Assembly (NCBI RefSeq): GCF_009914755.1 | Contig: NC_060925.1 | DNA: 64,000 nt | Strand: one strand, 5' to 3' | From: the human T2T-CHM13v2.0 reference genome, Homo sapiens | Shown here: positions 30,850 through 44,320 of the stretch, in pieces | How the letters are laid out: every line of letters starts with the position of its first letter | Position numbering within the stretch: the stretch's first letter is position 1 | Program-made: the position numbers and the translations under genes | Notes under the pieces: generated by a model | The model's database searches: none | What the model saw: only the letters and a program-made list of their open reading frames with translations | What the model was told of the DNA's origin: nothing

Positions 30850-31103
30850 TAGACATCCCATGGGGGATGTGTCCTAATAGATTTCTGAGAGGGGTGGCTG
30901 GCTGAGGAGGTACCATTCATGGCCACAGCCTCTGGAGCTGCAAGGAGGAGGGGTGCTCGTGGGCTCTGAAACCCTCAGGCCCCTCCTCTAGGCCAAGAAG
31001 CCCTAGAGGGCAGCAGCAGGCTTGGGTTTCAGGACTGGGATGCTGGGTCTGCCTCCTGGACTAGCCCAGCTTACGCGTCTGTCTGTTCTTCTCCCCTCAC
31101 TAG

Positions 31104-31236
31104 GTAAGAAGAAAGCAGCGGCATTGTTCGACAGCCAGGCCCCAATTTGCCCCATCTGCCAGGTCCTGCTGAGGCCCAGTGAGCTGCAGGAGCATATGGA
31201 GCAGGAACTGGAGCAGCTAGCCCAACTGCCCTCGAG
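31104..31236 (+). CDS. RNF220: RNF220 coding exon 3 (133 nt): (C)KKKAAALFDSQAPICPICQVLLRPSELQEHMEQELEQLAQLPS(S)
   Basis: Polypyrimidine tract + cactag acceptor, GAG|gtaagc donor. Translation matches RNF220 as I recall it, and the phase joins the next exon. Confidence 0.95.
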
Positions 31237-31811
31237 GTAAGCCACCTCCCAGGGAGCCTGCCTGCTGGAGGAGTCCACTCAGGGTTCTGGCCACCGGATC
31301 CCAGAAGCAGCCGCCTGGCCCATACCCCAGCCCCTCGGGAAAAGACAGGACCCTGCCACCCTTCTCCACAACTCTGTTTCAATCCTCAGATCTTTCCGCT
31401 GAATGGAGCCACCTTCCTCTTCTTGCTCTATTTTTGGAGATGGGAGGAGAGTGACCCCGCAGGCCCCAGCCTCAAAGGAAAACATGAGAGGAGCTAGACA
31501 GGGGTGAGCCACTGCCAAAGGCCCAGCACTGCCATGTTGAGCCTCAGAGCAGAATAAAAGAAGCAGGTCCTAGGCCTGGCAGGCCCCTCAGAAGTGCAGC
31601 CAAGTCCTTCCTCCAGGGGGGTGGACACTACCTTCTCTATGAATCTCAGTGTCTGAAAGATGACAGTCTTAAGAATGTGCTCAGGTGTGTCCCCCACTGT
31701 CCCACCCCACCTCACCCCCAGCCTCCCTCCCTTGTCCCTGCCTGAAGGACTGGGCTGAGCCTCCTCAAGGGCCTGGTGGAGGAGCCAGGTTATCAAAAAG
31801 AGTAGAGGAGA

Positions 31812-32393
31812 GGTGTGACAAATTACCTAAAATCTTAGCAGTTTAAAGCAACCATTTCATTGTGCTCGTGGAATCTGTGAGGTCAGGAATTCAGATAAGG
31901 CACAGAGGAGATGGCTGATGTCTGCTCCATGATGTCTGGGGCCTTAGCTGGGAAGACTTGGTGGCTGGGAGCTGGGTCATGTGAAGGCTGCTTCCCTCAC
32001 ATGTCTGGGGGTTGATGCTGGCTGTCAGCTGGGACCTCAGCTGAGGCTGGAATCAAAGCACCTACACAGGGCTTCTCCATGTGGCCTGGGCTTCCTCATA
32101 GCTTGCCAACCTCGGGATGGTTGGACTTCTTGCATGGCAGCTTTGGGCTCCAAAAGCAAATGTTCCAGCCAACGAGATGGAAGCTGGATCACCTTTTATA
32201 ACCTAGCCTGAAAGTCACTGAATCTCACTTCCACTGTATTCTATTGATTGAGGCAGTATTAGACCACCCAGAATTCAAGGGGAGAGGACATACACCCCCC
32301 TTTTGATGGGAGGACTGGCAAGGTCAAATTGTAGAAACGTATGTGGGATGGAAGATATGGTTGATGCCGTCTTTGGAAAATATAATCTGCTAC
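31812..32393 (-). mobile_element. MLT1-type (ERVL-MaLR) solo LTR
   Basis: aaattacctaaaatcttagcagtttaaagcaac..ggtcaggaattc..aatctgctac pattern; subfamily and orientation approximate. Confidence 0.65.
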
Positions 32394-32719
32394 TGAGGGA
32401 CGGTCTGCCCCGCTCCTCCCAGTCCGACCCTTATTCAGTTCAAGTCATCAGACTTGACTGATCCTCCTTCCTTCTACCTTCTTACCGAATCCCCATGCAA
32501 GGTGCAGGGGATCCCATAGTGAATCAGAATGGTCCCTGCCCTTGGAAGTTCATAGCATGAGGGTCGGGAGGGTCAGGCAGTACAAACCCAGAGGGATGGA
32601 GACTGCTATACGGGAAGAACTGGAGCTTGGGGGTATCAAGGAGGCACCAAACCCAGCACAGAGCAAAGAAGGCTTCCTCAGAAGGTAAGGCCTGAGCTGA
32701 ATTTTGAAGGAAGAAATAT

Positions 32720-33278
32720 TTAGTCATCTATCGCTGTGTTACAAACTACCCTAAAACCTAGCAGCTAAAACAACATACATGTATTATCTCAGTTTCTGTG
32801 GTCATCAATTCAGGAACAGCTTAGCTGGATGGTTGTGGGTAGTAGTGGCTACTGGCTGGGAGTCTCTCATGAAGCTGCAGTCAAGATGTCAACCAAGGCA
32901 ACGGTCATCTGAAGATCTGACTGGGACTGCAGGATCTGCTTCCAAGATGCTCACTCACATGGCTGTTGGCAGGAGGCCTCAGTTCCCCCACATGTGGGTC
33001 TCTGCATAGGACAGCTTGAATTTCCCTATGACATGGCAGCTGACTTCCCACAGAGCATGCAGTCCAAGAGAAGACTAAGGAGGGTGCCACAGTGCTTCTT
33101 ATGATCTAGTCTGGGAAGTCACACACTGTTGCTTCTACTCTATTCTATTCTATTCTGTTCACTAGGAGCAAGTTGTCAAGTCCAGCTCATTCTCAAGGGA
33201 GAAGAATTAAGCTCTAGAAGCTCTACCCATTGAAGGGAGGAGTATGAAAGAATCCATGGGCATATAAGACTATACCAG
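32720..33278 (-). mobile_element. MLT1F-like (ERVL-MaLR) solo LTR
   Basis: acaaactaccctaaaacctagcagctaaaacaac..tctcagtttctgtgg..gcttccaagatg..catggctgttggcaggaggcctcagttc. Confidence 0.7.
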
Positions 33279-33284
33279 TGATAA

Positions 33285-33520
33285 TAATAATAATCCTTGT
33301 TGAATGCTCACTATGTGCCGAGTACTTTACATTGCATTAATTTATTTAATCTTCACAACAACCCTCTGAAGTAGGTGACAATAATTGCTCCCATTTTACA
33401 GAGGAAGAAACTGAGGTGCAGAGGAGTTAAGTGACATCTCTAAGGTTGCACAGCTAGTAAGTGATGAAGATAAGATTCAAACCTAAAGTAATCTGACTCC
33501 AGTACCCATGCTCTTAATCA
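33285..33520 (-). mobile_element. MIR
   Basis: cccattttacagaggaagaaactgagg..gttaagtgac..aaggttgcacagctagtaagt. Confidence 0.85.
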
Positions 33521-33989
33521 CTCCCCATCCCTACCCCCCGCCCACACACACCTGGGATTGGCCTGCCAGTGGCAGAAAGTGGGAAAAAAAAATCCTTCTG
33601 CAGCTGAGTTCCATATTTTGGCTGTCCAGGAGGAGTCCTGTGTAATTTGCTCCCAGAGGAGGACTTCTCCTAACAGGGTCAGAGAATAGAGGTAGAGGCT
33701 AGAGGAACATGCCCAGCCTTGTAAAAGCAGTGTGCCCCCTAAGGGCCTGGAGAATGCGGGCCCCCAGCTCTCTGTCTGCCTCCTCGGTGAGGGCCACACT
33801 ACAGTGCAGTCCCAGGTGCTCCACACCTGCAATGTCCAGGGCATGCACTTCTGCCAACAGCCTTCCTTTTTCCACACCCCCACCCATGACTCTGCACAAC
33901 CCCCTTATCCCTCACATCCTCCCAGAGCATCCCCGTGTCCATTTCCCCACCCCAAGCTCCATGCTTCTCACGGCTATGTCTTGCGTCCC

Positions 33990-34560
33990 TGCATCTGTAC
34001 CCCTCACGTCGCGGCCCAGCCCAGCACCCCTACGCCCATGCCCCCTCCGTCTGTGCGCGCCCTGCGCCCCCGGCACGCGCCCCCCTCCAACGGGGTGTCT
34101 GACAGCCGGACAGCGGGATCTGCACAGCAAGTGAAATTCCCGTCGGATCGATAAAGCCGAAACGCTGGCGGCGACGGGTCGATGGTTTTATCTGTCTCGG
34201 CCCCGCCGCGCCCGGCGCGCTGACAGTTGGACCGGCCGGCAAAGGCGTTCAAGGGCAGCCGCGCCCGCGCCCCCTCCCCTCGCTTCTCTCGCCCTCCCTC
34301 CCTGCGGCCGCTGCGCCCACCGGACTGTGGGCTGGACCGGCCCGCCGCCGCCCTCGTGATTTATCTGGATTTTTAATTGGAAAAAATTTGCGAATTAATT
34401 GATTTCAGGAACTTGCCAATTAACATTGTAATTGGGTGCGTGATAAATTCCCAAGGAGCGTGTCAGCTCCCTCCGGGCTGACGGCCGTTCAGCGGGGAGC
34501 GCGGGGAGGGCCCCAGCCTTGGCTGCCCTTGCCCCGCCCCTGCCCGCTCTCGGGAAGCCA
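33990..34560. promoter_or_regulatory. Intronic CpG island with an embedded AT-rich homeodomain cluster
   Basis: High CpG density; TGACAG twice, TGATTTAT at 34357, several TAATT/AATTA at 34370-34450. Confidence 0.7.
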
Positions 34561-37500
34561 AGACAGCAGAGGAGGTTGGGAAAAGATGACACACTGGGGT
34601 TCCTGAGACACCCTCTCCACTCCCCACCATCAGCTCCCTGAGCAGAGGGGCCTGAAACCAGCCATTTCACAGATGGGGAAACTGAGGCCCGCAGGAGGGC
34701 AGAGCCTGTGTGTGCCTCACTTCCAGGGTCCTAGCAGAGCCCACATCAGGGCAGTTCCATCCACCAAAGGCACATCTTTGGAGGCTTCCTCCCCAGCTCT
34801 CCCTCCTCCCCTCCCCTCTCCTCTCTGCCCCAGCCCTTCTTTCCCCTGCTGACTCCTCCCTCTTCTCTCCTCCAATTGTCCCTTTTCCTCTCCTACCCTG
34901 CCTTTGCCTCCATTGCCTCCTTTGCCCTCCCTGGCCTTCTTCAGCTTAGCCAGCTCCTGAGTCTGTGGATGCTGCCGCCAGGTGCCCTCCATCAACCTGG
35001 ACACGTCCCCCCTCCACTTGACTGCATCCTAAGGGGCTCTTCAGACTGGCCTGGTGTTCCACCTCCTGCCTCCCTTTGCCCAACAGCACAAAGCACACCC
35101 CACTAGGAGCAGGCTGCTATTTCAGACACACTCACGGGCTCACAGAGAGAAGCAGGAACCTTCCAGCTCCAGAGCCAGGGCTGGCTGTGTTTCAGACACA
35201 GACACAAACATATACAGGACATGCAGGTGCACACACACACCCATTCCAACACACAGATGTGCCCACACACACACCCTGAAAGAAGCCTTGTCCCATGGGT
35301 GTCATTCCCACAGGTACATGGGTGCACAGACACTTACAGGAAGAGCAATCAGAACTTCCTTTGGCAAAGTCCTTACACTTTTCAAAGCACTTTTCCATTT
35401 GAGATCAGAGGCTGTGCTAACACTCTCTCCCTCACCCCATCCTTTATCTTTCCCCTTCTCAACCCCTTCACAGGGGTTCCATTAGACCCCAGAACTTGGC
35501 CAGGTAGAACAAGGAGGGCAAAGTTAGATGGAGGACAGATTGTGGAGGGCCTTCAATGCTGGAGGACGTCCTTGATGGGGTGGAGAGTAAGCCGAACATT
35601 CATGAGCCAGGGTGAAGCCTGGTCAGAGAGAGACAAGTGGGAGGGGCATGGTTGCAAGGCCAGTGTGGAGTGTGGGTTGGGGGAAGAAACAGGAGGCAAG
35701 GGAGGAGGTCGGCCAGGGTCCAGGGGAAAGTTGGTGAGGCCGACCCAGGACAGTGGCAGTGGCAGTGGGGATGCAGAAGAGGGAATGACGACAGACCAGG
35801 TGGAGGAAGAAGCCACAGGACTTAGTTGGGGTGCTTATTGGGAGGAAGCTTTCTAACTTGAATGATTGGGAGAGTGATGGTGGCAGAGAAGCAAGTGTCT
35901 GAGGGAAGGAGGGGATGTTGGGCAAGCTCAGCCTAAGATGTCTCTGGGTTGGTGATGGGGGAGGGACTGGATGTGTGGAGAGACAGGCAGGGACATAGAT
36001 AGATGGGGGCTGGAGGTTGAAGGGCGGGGGTGGAGGAAGGAGTTGGCCCCCAGACTTCCCAGTGGCCCTCAGGCAGGAGTTTCCATCCAGAGAGATGAAG
36101 TAGCCTTGGGCATGGAGAGATTGCACAAAGCTAAAAGTTGGGCTTGGCTTGGTGGGGCCTGAACTTAGAGAGATTCTCTGGGAGGTTTCTGGAGCCATTC
36201 AAGATCTGGCCTCTGAGCTGGGAAGCCAGCTCTCTGGCCAGCACTTTAAAAGGGCTCAAAGAAGCCAGAGGGAGGCTGGGTGACTCTAGAGAAGAGGCGG
36301 GGTGTGGAGATGGCAGTGCCCCCACCCCCACTTAAGCCTTATTTAAGGCCGGCCTCGGTGTTTGGTTGGGTAATGAACTAGATAAACAATTCCCCAAATA
36401 GATTAAAACGAAGTGTAACTTACAAAGGCGGCTGGTGATGATGGTTTATTCCCGGGCAGTGCACCATTTCTTTATTTCCAAGGATAATTCAGTGTAAATC
36501 ACCTTAATTAAAAGTGTCAGCCCAGCCCATGAATATTGTACTTAGGAACGCGTTTCCTGGGTCCCAGTTATAATTTAAAACCCATGGATCACTAGGCAGC
36601 GAGTGACTGAGCAAGGGAGGAAATCGTTGGGGGCGGGCTGTGGAAATAGGGAGGGATGAAGGCAGAGCTGATGGGCTGGGCGGGAGCCAGGCTGCCTACA
36701 GCTGCGGACCTCAGACCTGTCTTCTATGAGGCAGGCCCTTCAGCAGACTCCTCAGCCTCTGGGGGCCAAGCACACTGGGAGGTAATCAGGTTGTTGGAGG
36801 GAAGATAGGGAGGGGGTCCCTTGCTCAGAGAGAGGCAAGGAGTCTCAGGTAGTACCAATGCAATGCAAGGGACAGTGAAGAGTGTTGCTAGGAAAAGATC
36901 CAGAGGAGTGGATCGCCAAATGACAGGCTGGGCATTCTGACCCTGAATGTCCCTGTTTCTGTTCACCAGCAGAGCAAACTGAAGCCCAGAGTCAGCAGTT
37001 CCCCTCCCCAAAGTCACACAGAAAGCAAAGAAAAAGAACTGGATTCTGCCCTCTATCCTAAACCCTGAGTGTCTTTAGGGAGGCAGCATGGGCAATTAAA
37101 AGCCAGCACTGTGGGCTTGGCCAGATGCCAACTCAAATCCCAAACCCTCCACGGACTGTGTGACCATAGAAATGTCATTTGACCTGGTAGTCAACTTTGT
37201 AGAGATTTTGTGAAGTTTCAATGAGATAACACATGTTAAGGCCTGCGCCTGTCACATACAGTGGGTGTACAATCATTGTTCATTCCTTCCTTTTCTGCTG
37301 TCACCTGATCCAACTGGAGATAATACTCTTATCCTAGGCCAGGTAGAGCAAGCATGGTGTTGTACAGTAGATACCTCATTTCCGTACCAGAAATGGTGAT
37401 GGCAGTATTTGTTTACTGAGTGAATGAAGGAGTGAACGAATGATAAAAGCCATAAACTCAAAAACTAGTTGCTCTCAAAAGCAGCTCCGTGCCCTTCTTG

Positions 37501-37848
37501 AATCCCCAGTGCCTACATCAGGGCTGGCATGAACCATTTATGAGCAAAACATAATTGAATGGAACCTGTTGTAGCTAGCCTTCCTAGTCTGTGATGCCCC
37601 CACTGTGTGATTAGACTGGCTGACAGCTCTGTTTTTACACTCAGACCTTGGCCTCACTCTGCTGCTGGGCCTGGTGGCCTCTGCACTGGGATATACATAT
37701 GTTATGTGTGTTGTGCATCTGTGTCTACATTTGTGGGTACATGTGCATCTGGGTGTGTGTTGGTACACACAGGTGTCCATATCTACGCATGTGTTTATTG
37801 GACTTGTGCACATGAGCAGCTCTCATCTAATCTGTGTGGCTGTTGTGA

Positions 37849-38546
<698 letters not shown>

Positions 38547-39680
38547 CTGCATCTGAATCTGCCTGTGCTTTTGCTGGCTTGTCCGGTACGTTTGTGTCTG
38601 GCCCTGTGGGTGTCTGAGCTCATCTGTGGATGTTCCTTATGTCTACACTCGTTAAGTCCCTATGTGCCCCATGCATTCTGCCTTGGATGTGTGTCTGTGT
38701 GTTCTTCTGCTTTCCGGGTATATCTGCAGGTGTGCTGTACGTTATACCTCATATGTGTGTCTGTGCAGGGACCCTATGTGAATGGGCTGTGTCTGCCTCC
38801 GTGCATTCATCAGCCAGCACTTCTGTGAGCATGTGTGTGTGTGTGTGAGTGCACGCGCATGAATGTGCGAGCACAGATGTGGCAAGCGTAGTGGGGGCAG
38901 CAGGCAGGGAGGGACAGGAACAGGGATATTAATGTTTCTGAAGTGGATCTGATTTGATACGTCTTGTTCCATTGTCAGCATCTGTTTAGCAGGGATTTGT
39001 AATACTTTGTGGCTCTGGATCACTCATGCTTAGCGCAGGATGTGGCCTTGCATACCAATTTTGTTATTAAACACAGTCCTCGCCTCCCCCACAGCCCATC
39101 CATCACCTCCCACCCCAGCCCCCGCCTGCTCTGAGCCGCCCACCATATTTCAGGGCCCAGCTCCCGCCTGCCTGCCGCGCCCGATGCCGGAGGGCCTGGG
39201 GCTGACAAATTGAATCAGGGGGAGATCATTCCTGGCCTAACACAGTTTGCAGCATGTTGGAGGGAGAATTGACAAGAGCCCTGTCAGCTCCATCACCCCA
39301 ATCCCACAGGAGCTAAGAGCGGGCTGGGAACAGGGGGTGGAGAGAAGGGGGTCTCCAGGACAGGCAGAATCTTCAGGGCTGATACGAGGAGTCAGGTAAA
39401 GCCCCTTTCTTCAGATCCACTGGGAAATCTACCATGCCTAGTGTCTGTGTCTCCCTCCCAGGGGCCAGCACTAGCCCTTGGCCCAAGAGAGAGGCTGAGC
39501 CACTCAGCCCATGAGAGAGGCTGGGCCACTGGGATTGAAAGGACTGGGTGGAGCTTGGCTGAGCTGGGCTGGGCTAGGCGGTCTATGCCTTCTCTGTCTT
39601 TGGGGTCTTCTTGCTACTCTACCGTTGCATGCCCTGGGCAGCAGGTAGAATGGTTACCCTGTTCTCTTCTTTCTTGGCAG

Positions 39681-39726
39681 CAAGAATTCCCTTCTGAAGG
39701 ATGCCATGGCTCCAGGCACCCCAAAG
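39681..39726 (+). CDS. RNF220: RNF220 exon 4 (46 nt): (S)KNSLLKDAMAPGTPK
   Basis: ctcttctttcttggcag acceptor, AAG|gtaggt donor; phase 2 in, phase 0 out, continuous frame. Confidence 0.93.
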
Positions 39727-39805
39727 GTAGGTGGCCAATTACATGTTTTCCTCCTGCCCATACTAACCTAGGCCTACCCAGAACTGGTTCCTCCTGAGAA
39801 AAAGG

Positions 39806-39863
39806 AGCTTTTCTAGTATCCTCAACTATCTCCAGCTTTTCTAATATCCTCAACTATCTCCAG
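39806..39863. repeat. 28-bp tandem duplication
   Basis: agcttttcta(g/a)tatcctcaactatctcc twice, one mismatch. Confidence 0.9.
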
Positions 39864-41962
39864 GTCTTGAACATCATCCTGAGGCCTAGGGCTGCACCGT
39901 GTGTGTGTGTAAGTGTGTGTGGTCTGTGCATGAGTGAGAGTATGCTCATCTGACTTCCTCCTCTTCCAGCCAGGAGAGGGGTCAGAGCCAAGAATGGCCT
40001 GGGAGATGTGGGTGACCCAGACACTAAGGGTGAGAAGACTCAAAGGAAGAAAGTGAGCTATAGCAGATGAAGAAAAATAAAGAAATGCAGGTCAAGATAG
40101 TGCAGGGCCCTAGAAGCCAGACTATGGGGGCACAGGGGTGTATGAATGTGCAGGTGTGTGCGTGTGTGTGTGTTTGTGTGTACTTTGTCCTGAGGGGAAC
40201 AAGGAGCCAAGGAAGAGGCTGGACTCTTTTGGGGAGCTAGTCTGCCTCTCTGAACAAACCCTGTGGGAGAAAGACTTGAAAGCATCAGTTGGAGAAAGGG
40301 AAAGTGAAGAGCAAATATCTGGCTCAAAGGAGGGGCCAAGAGGCCTTAGCACAATGACATTTGTATCAAGAACTCCTCAAAGATGGCCATGGACACAGTG
40401 GGTACTACTTACCCAAAGGTGGTTTTGAGGGGATGGATACATGGGGAGAACCAAACCCTCACTCACTGAGTATCCCCTTCCCCATTCCTCGGTAGAAGAC
40501 TGCATCCTTTTTCCCATAATTATTCAGAACAGGAGGCCACCCCTAGCCCATTTTATAGGGAGTGAGGAATGACTATGGAAGATTTGGGAATGGGTGGAAT
40601 CAGTGAAGGAGAGTGTTTGGAGAGATTAGAGCAAAGGCCAAGGTGAGAATCTGAGGGACTCCTGCACTTGGTGTCAAGATAAGGTCCAGGAGGCAGGGAA
40701 GGAGACAGAGGAGGAACACTCAGTGAGTTAAGAGGGGCACAGGAGAGCATGGTATCTCAGGATCCTAAGGAAGAAAGTTTCTAAATGTATCAGGTGGTCA
40801 GCAGTCAAACAGGGAAAGACTGGAGAAGGGGCCCGTTGTATTTAGAAGTCTGGCAGTGACTGGTGACCTCTAAGAGGGCAGTTTTGGGAAAGGAGCCAGA
40901 GTGACAAGTATCACTTCCATGGGGTAGACCCAAATACCCTGCAAGCCTTTCAAAGGTATAGGAATGGATCGTGTACCTTCGTTTAGAAAACTGCTCACCT
41001 GCAGCAAGCTGGGAGAGGAGGAGCAGAGCACCTAGCCCTGCCTTGGGTGGGTATAGGCCTTGGCCAAGGAGTCAAAGCCCCAAAGAGAAAGGGGAGGCTG
41101 GGGGTGCCAGGCAGCTGCAGACTCACAGAGGTAGCGAGCTACACTCACTGAGTGTGGCCCAGCCTGCAGCATTTAATGGTGTGGTTCAGGAAAGTCAGAG
41201 ACAAGCTTCCAAGTCGGCCACCACAGGTGACAGCTGACACCTGAGCATGGCTGGCAGGGCTGGGGACTTGGACATCAGTGAGGCCTGTGTTCTAAGGACA
41301 AACCCCTGGCAGACACAGTCTACCTCCGTCCCTAGCTCCCCACATATACAGACCCACACACACACTCAGGTCAGAATACAGACATAGGAAGTCTTAAAAC
41401 ATGTGTCCTGAAACCACAGACACAGGCATACTGACCATGAGACACAGAGATAAGGGACACTTGCTCACCCACTTCCAGATATATGCCCACACCCCCAAAG
41501 CTGAATAGTTCAGGGTCTATCCTCTGCCTTGACCTAGGCTTTAGGGAAGCAGGTCGTGAGTGGAAGAGGCGAGAGAGAGAAGGTTCAAGCAAGAGACTGA
41601 AAGGACAGGGAGAAGGAGGGAGGGAGGAGGAGGAGAGGGCGAGGGGGCCTTAGACAAGATTGATGGCCTCGTTGCCATTAAGAAAAAAATTAGCCGGTGG
41701 CGGCTATCATATTAAAGGGTGAAGAAGCCGTGAATTATTTTCTTAAAGATCTTATCGCTTACAATGATAATTTTACCTTCCAAAAGGCCACTTTTAATGA
41801 GGCGAAGAGCCAGGCAAAAAGTCATGATTTAATGCCGGGATTTTTTTTCAAAACACATTTTACTGCTTTTTGGTCCATGTTTAAAAAGCACCAGTGACCT
41901 TTTTTTATTCCGCTTGCCCCAGGTGTAATGCCGAGGCCTCTCAGGGCTTCTAACCTAGAGAG

Positions 41963-41964
<2 letters not shown>

Positions 41965-41997
<33 letters not shown>
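41965..41997. repeat. (GA)n microsatellite
   Basis: Directly visible. Confidence 0.95.
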
Positions 41998-42002
<5 letters not shown>

Positions 42003-43235
42003 CACAAACAGGAGCTTTTTCATGGGCCGGAGGTCGGGGTGACCCACACTGTTCCCCCTCGTTAGCATCTTCCTTGGGACCAGAGAAGGAGAAGAACATT
42101 GCCTGAGAGCACCTCCTTTCTGAGCTGAGGGCTGGGTCACCCATGAGGCCTCCCACTGGGCTTGGATGGGTGAAGAAGGAGCTCCACGTTGCAGAGAATC
42201 CCATGCAGGCCCTTTCCAGCCTCTTCTCTCCTCCAGCTCCTGGGGTATGGGCAAGTCAGGGAGCCCTGCCAGACCAGCAGCTGTCCCTTCCCTTTCCAGG
42301 GCCCTTGCCTGAGGATGTGCAGCATGGCCACCGCATGCGGGTCACATCCTAAGGCTCAGCCGGAGATGAAGGATAAATGGCTGCTCCATCTTTCCCAAAT
42401 TGCTTTCTTTGGGCTGTCACTGGCGATTTGGCATGGTTTTCTAAGCTGGGGAAGACTCCTAGGGAACTGTGTGCTTCCGGCTCAGAGCTGTACAGGCTGG
42501 AGAAGGTGGGGGGAGGAAGTATGGATTGCTTTCAGGCCTCCAGGCACCCAGTTTGCAGCTGAACAGGCCTTGGCAAGAGCGGGCTCTCAGGCAGAATGTG
42601 CCATGTGGTATTTAGAATTGTGGTGATTGCACACAATTTCAAGCAGACAGTTTATTAATCTAAACTGCAGGCGTATGTAGAAGAGGCCATACAAGATTGA
42701 CATGGGGGGATTAGTTTTGCTGGGGTTTTTGCTGGGGTCATCACCGTAGCACCGGGATAAATGGACCCACATACATCCCTAGCTGCACGTGGGAAACTCA
42801 CATGCTATTTAATTTACTGTCTCCATTGTGGGGCTGCCATCAGCCTGTATTAAGGGCAGGCGGGGTAGCGGGTATATGGCTTTACCCACAACCCTTCATG
42901 GGGATCCCAGAGTCTCTGCTCTCCAAGGGAAAACAAAACATATATAGTCTCAGCCTACTCGGAGTGGACTGGGAGTCTCACTCCACTGGGACAGAGATTA
43001 GCCTAAGCAGGGTCCCTCAAGCGGTCTCTACCCATCCCTAAAACCAAGCCATGCTCTCCCACAACCACACTCCCAGGACTTGACCCCATGCCTTTAGAAT
43101 CTCAAGAGTGGTCTTTCTATCCCTCAGCCTCCTTCTCTTTGCCTGGCTCCCCAAAGCACCACAGGACTGGGAACTCTAGGGACTGACTGTAGGTCTCATT
43201 TGGCCTGAGGCCACATGTCTTTTTTCTTCTTCCAG

Positions 43236-43337
43236 TCCCTCCTGTTGTCTGCTTCCATCAAGAGGGAAGGAGAGTCTCCAACGGCATCACCCCACTCATC
43301 TGCCACCGATGACCTCCACCATTCAGACAGATACCAG
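43236..43337 (+). CDS. RNF220: RNF220 exon 5 (102 nt): SLLLSASIKREGESPTASPHSSATDDLHHSDRYQ
   Basis: tctttttcttcttccag acceptor, CAG|gtgagg donor, phase 0/0. Confidence 0.94.
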
Positions 43338-43695
43338 GTGAGGAGGGGTGGTGAGTGGCCATGAGAAGCAAGCTCACCTGGGGGAGGGCTTCAAGAGCCT
43401 GCCCGGTGCTAACTCCTCCTCTCCTCTGTAGGCCACAGGAGAGGCCTGAACTGGGTTTGGTTCCCCCTGTGTCCCGTGCCCCTAAGTGAACTCAGGAGGC
43501 ATACGTGTCAGGGAATAGGCCTTAAATAGATGGATTTTAGGGAGAGATGCCAAGGTCACATGGGCTCCATGGGCTCTGAGCACCTCTGAATCATTCTATC
43601 CATCAGGAAGTATCCTATGGGGTTTGGTTTCATAAGAGACCCAGATACATAGCCCAGAATCACCTGAAGATTTCAGACTTCAAAAGCATGATACC

Positions 43696-44320
<625 letters not shown>

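Noticed and set aside
35221-36198. 211-aa and 191-aa ORFs
   Set aside because: Low-complexity or ancient-repeat-derived sequence with no protein-like features.
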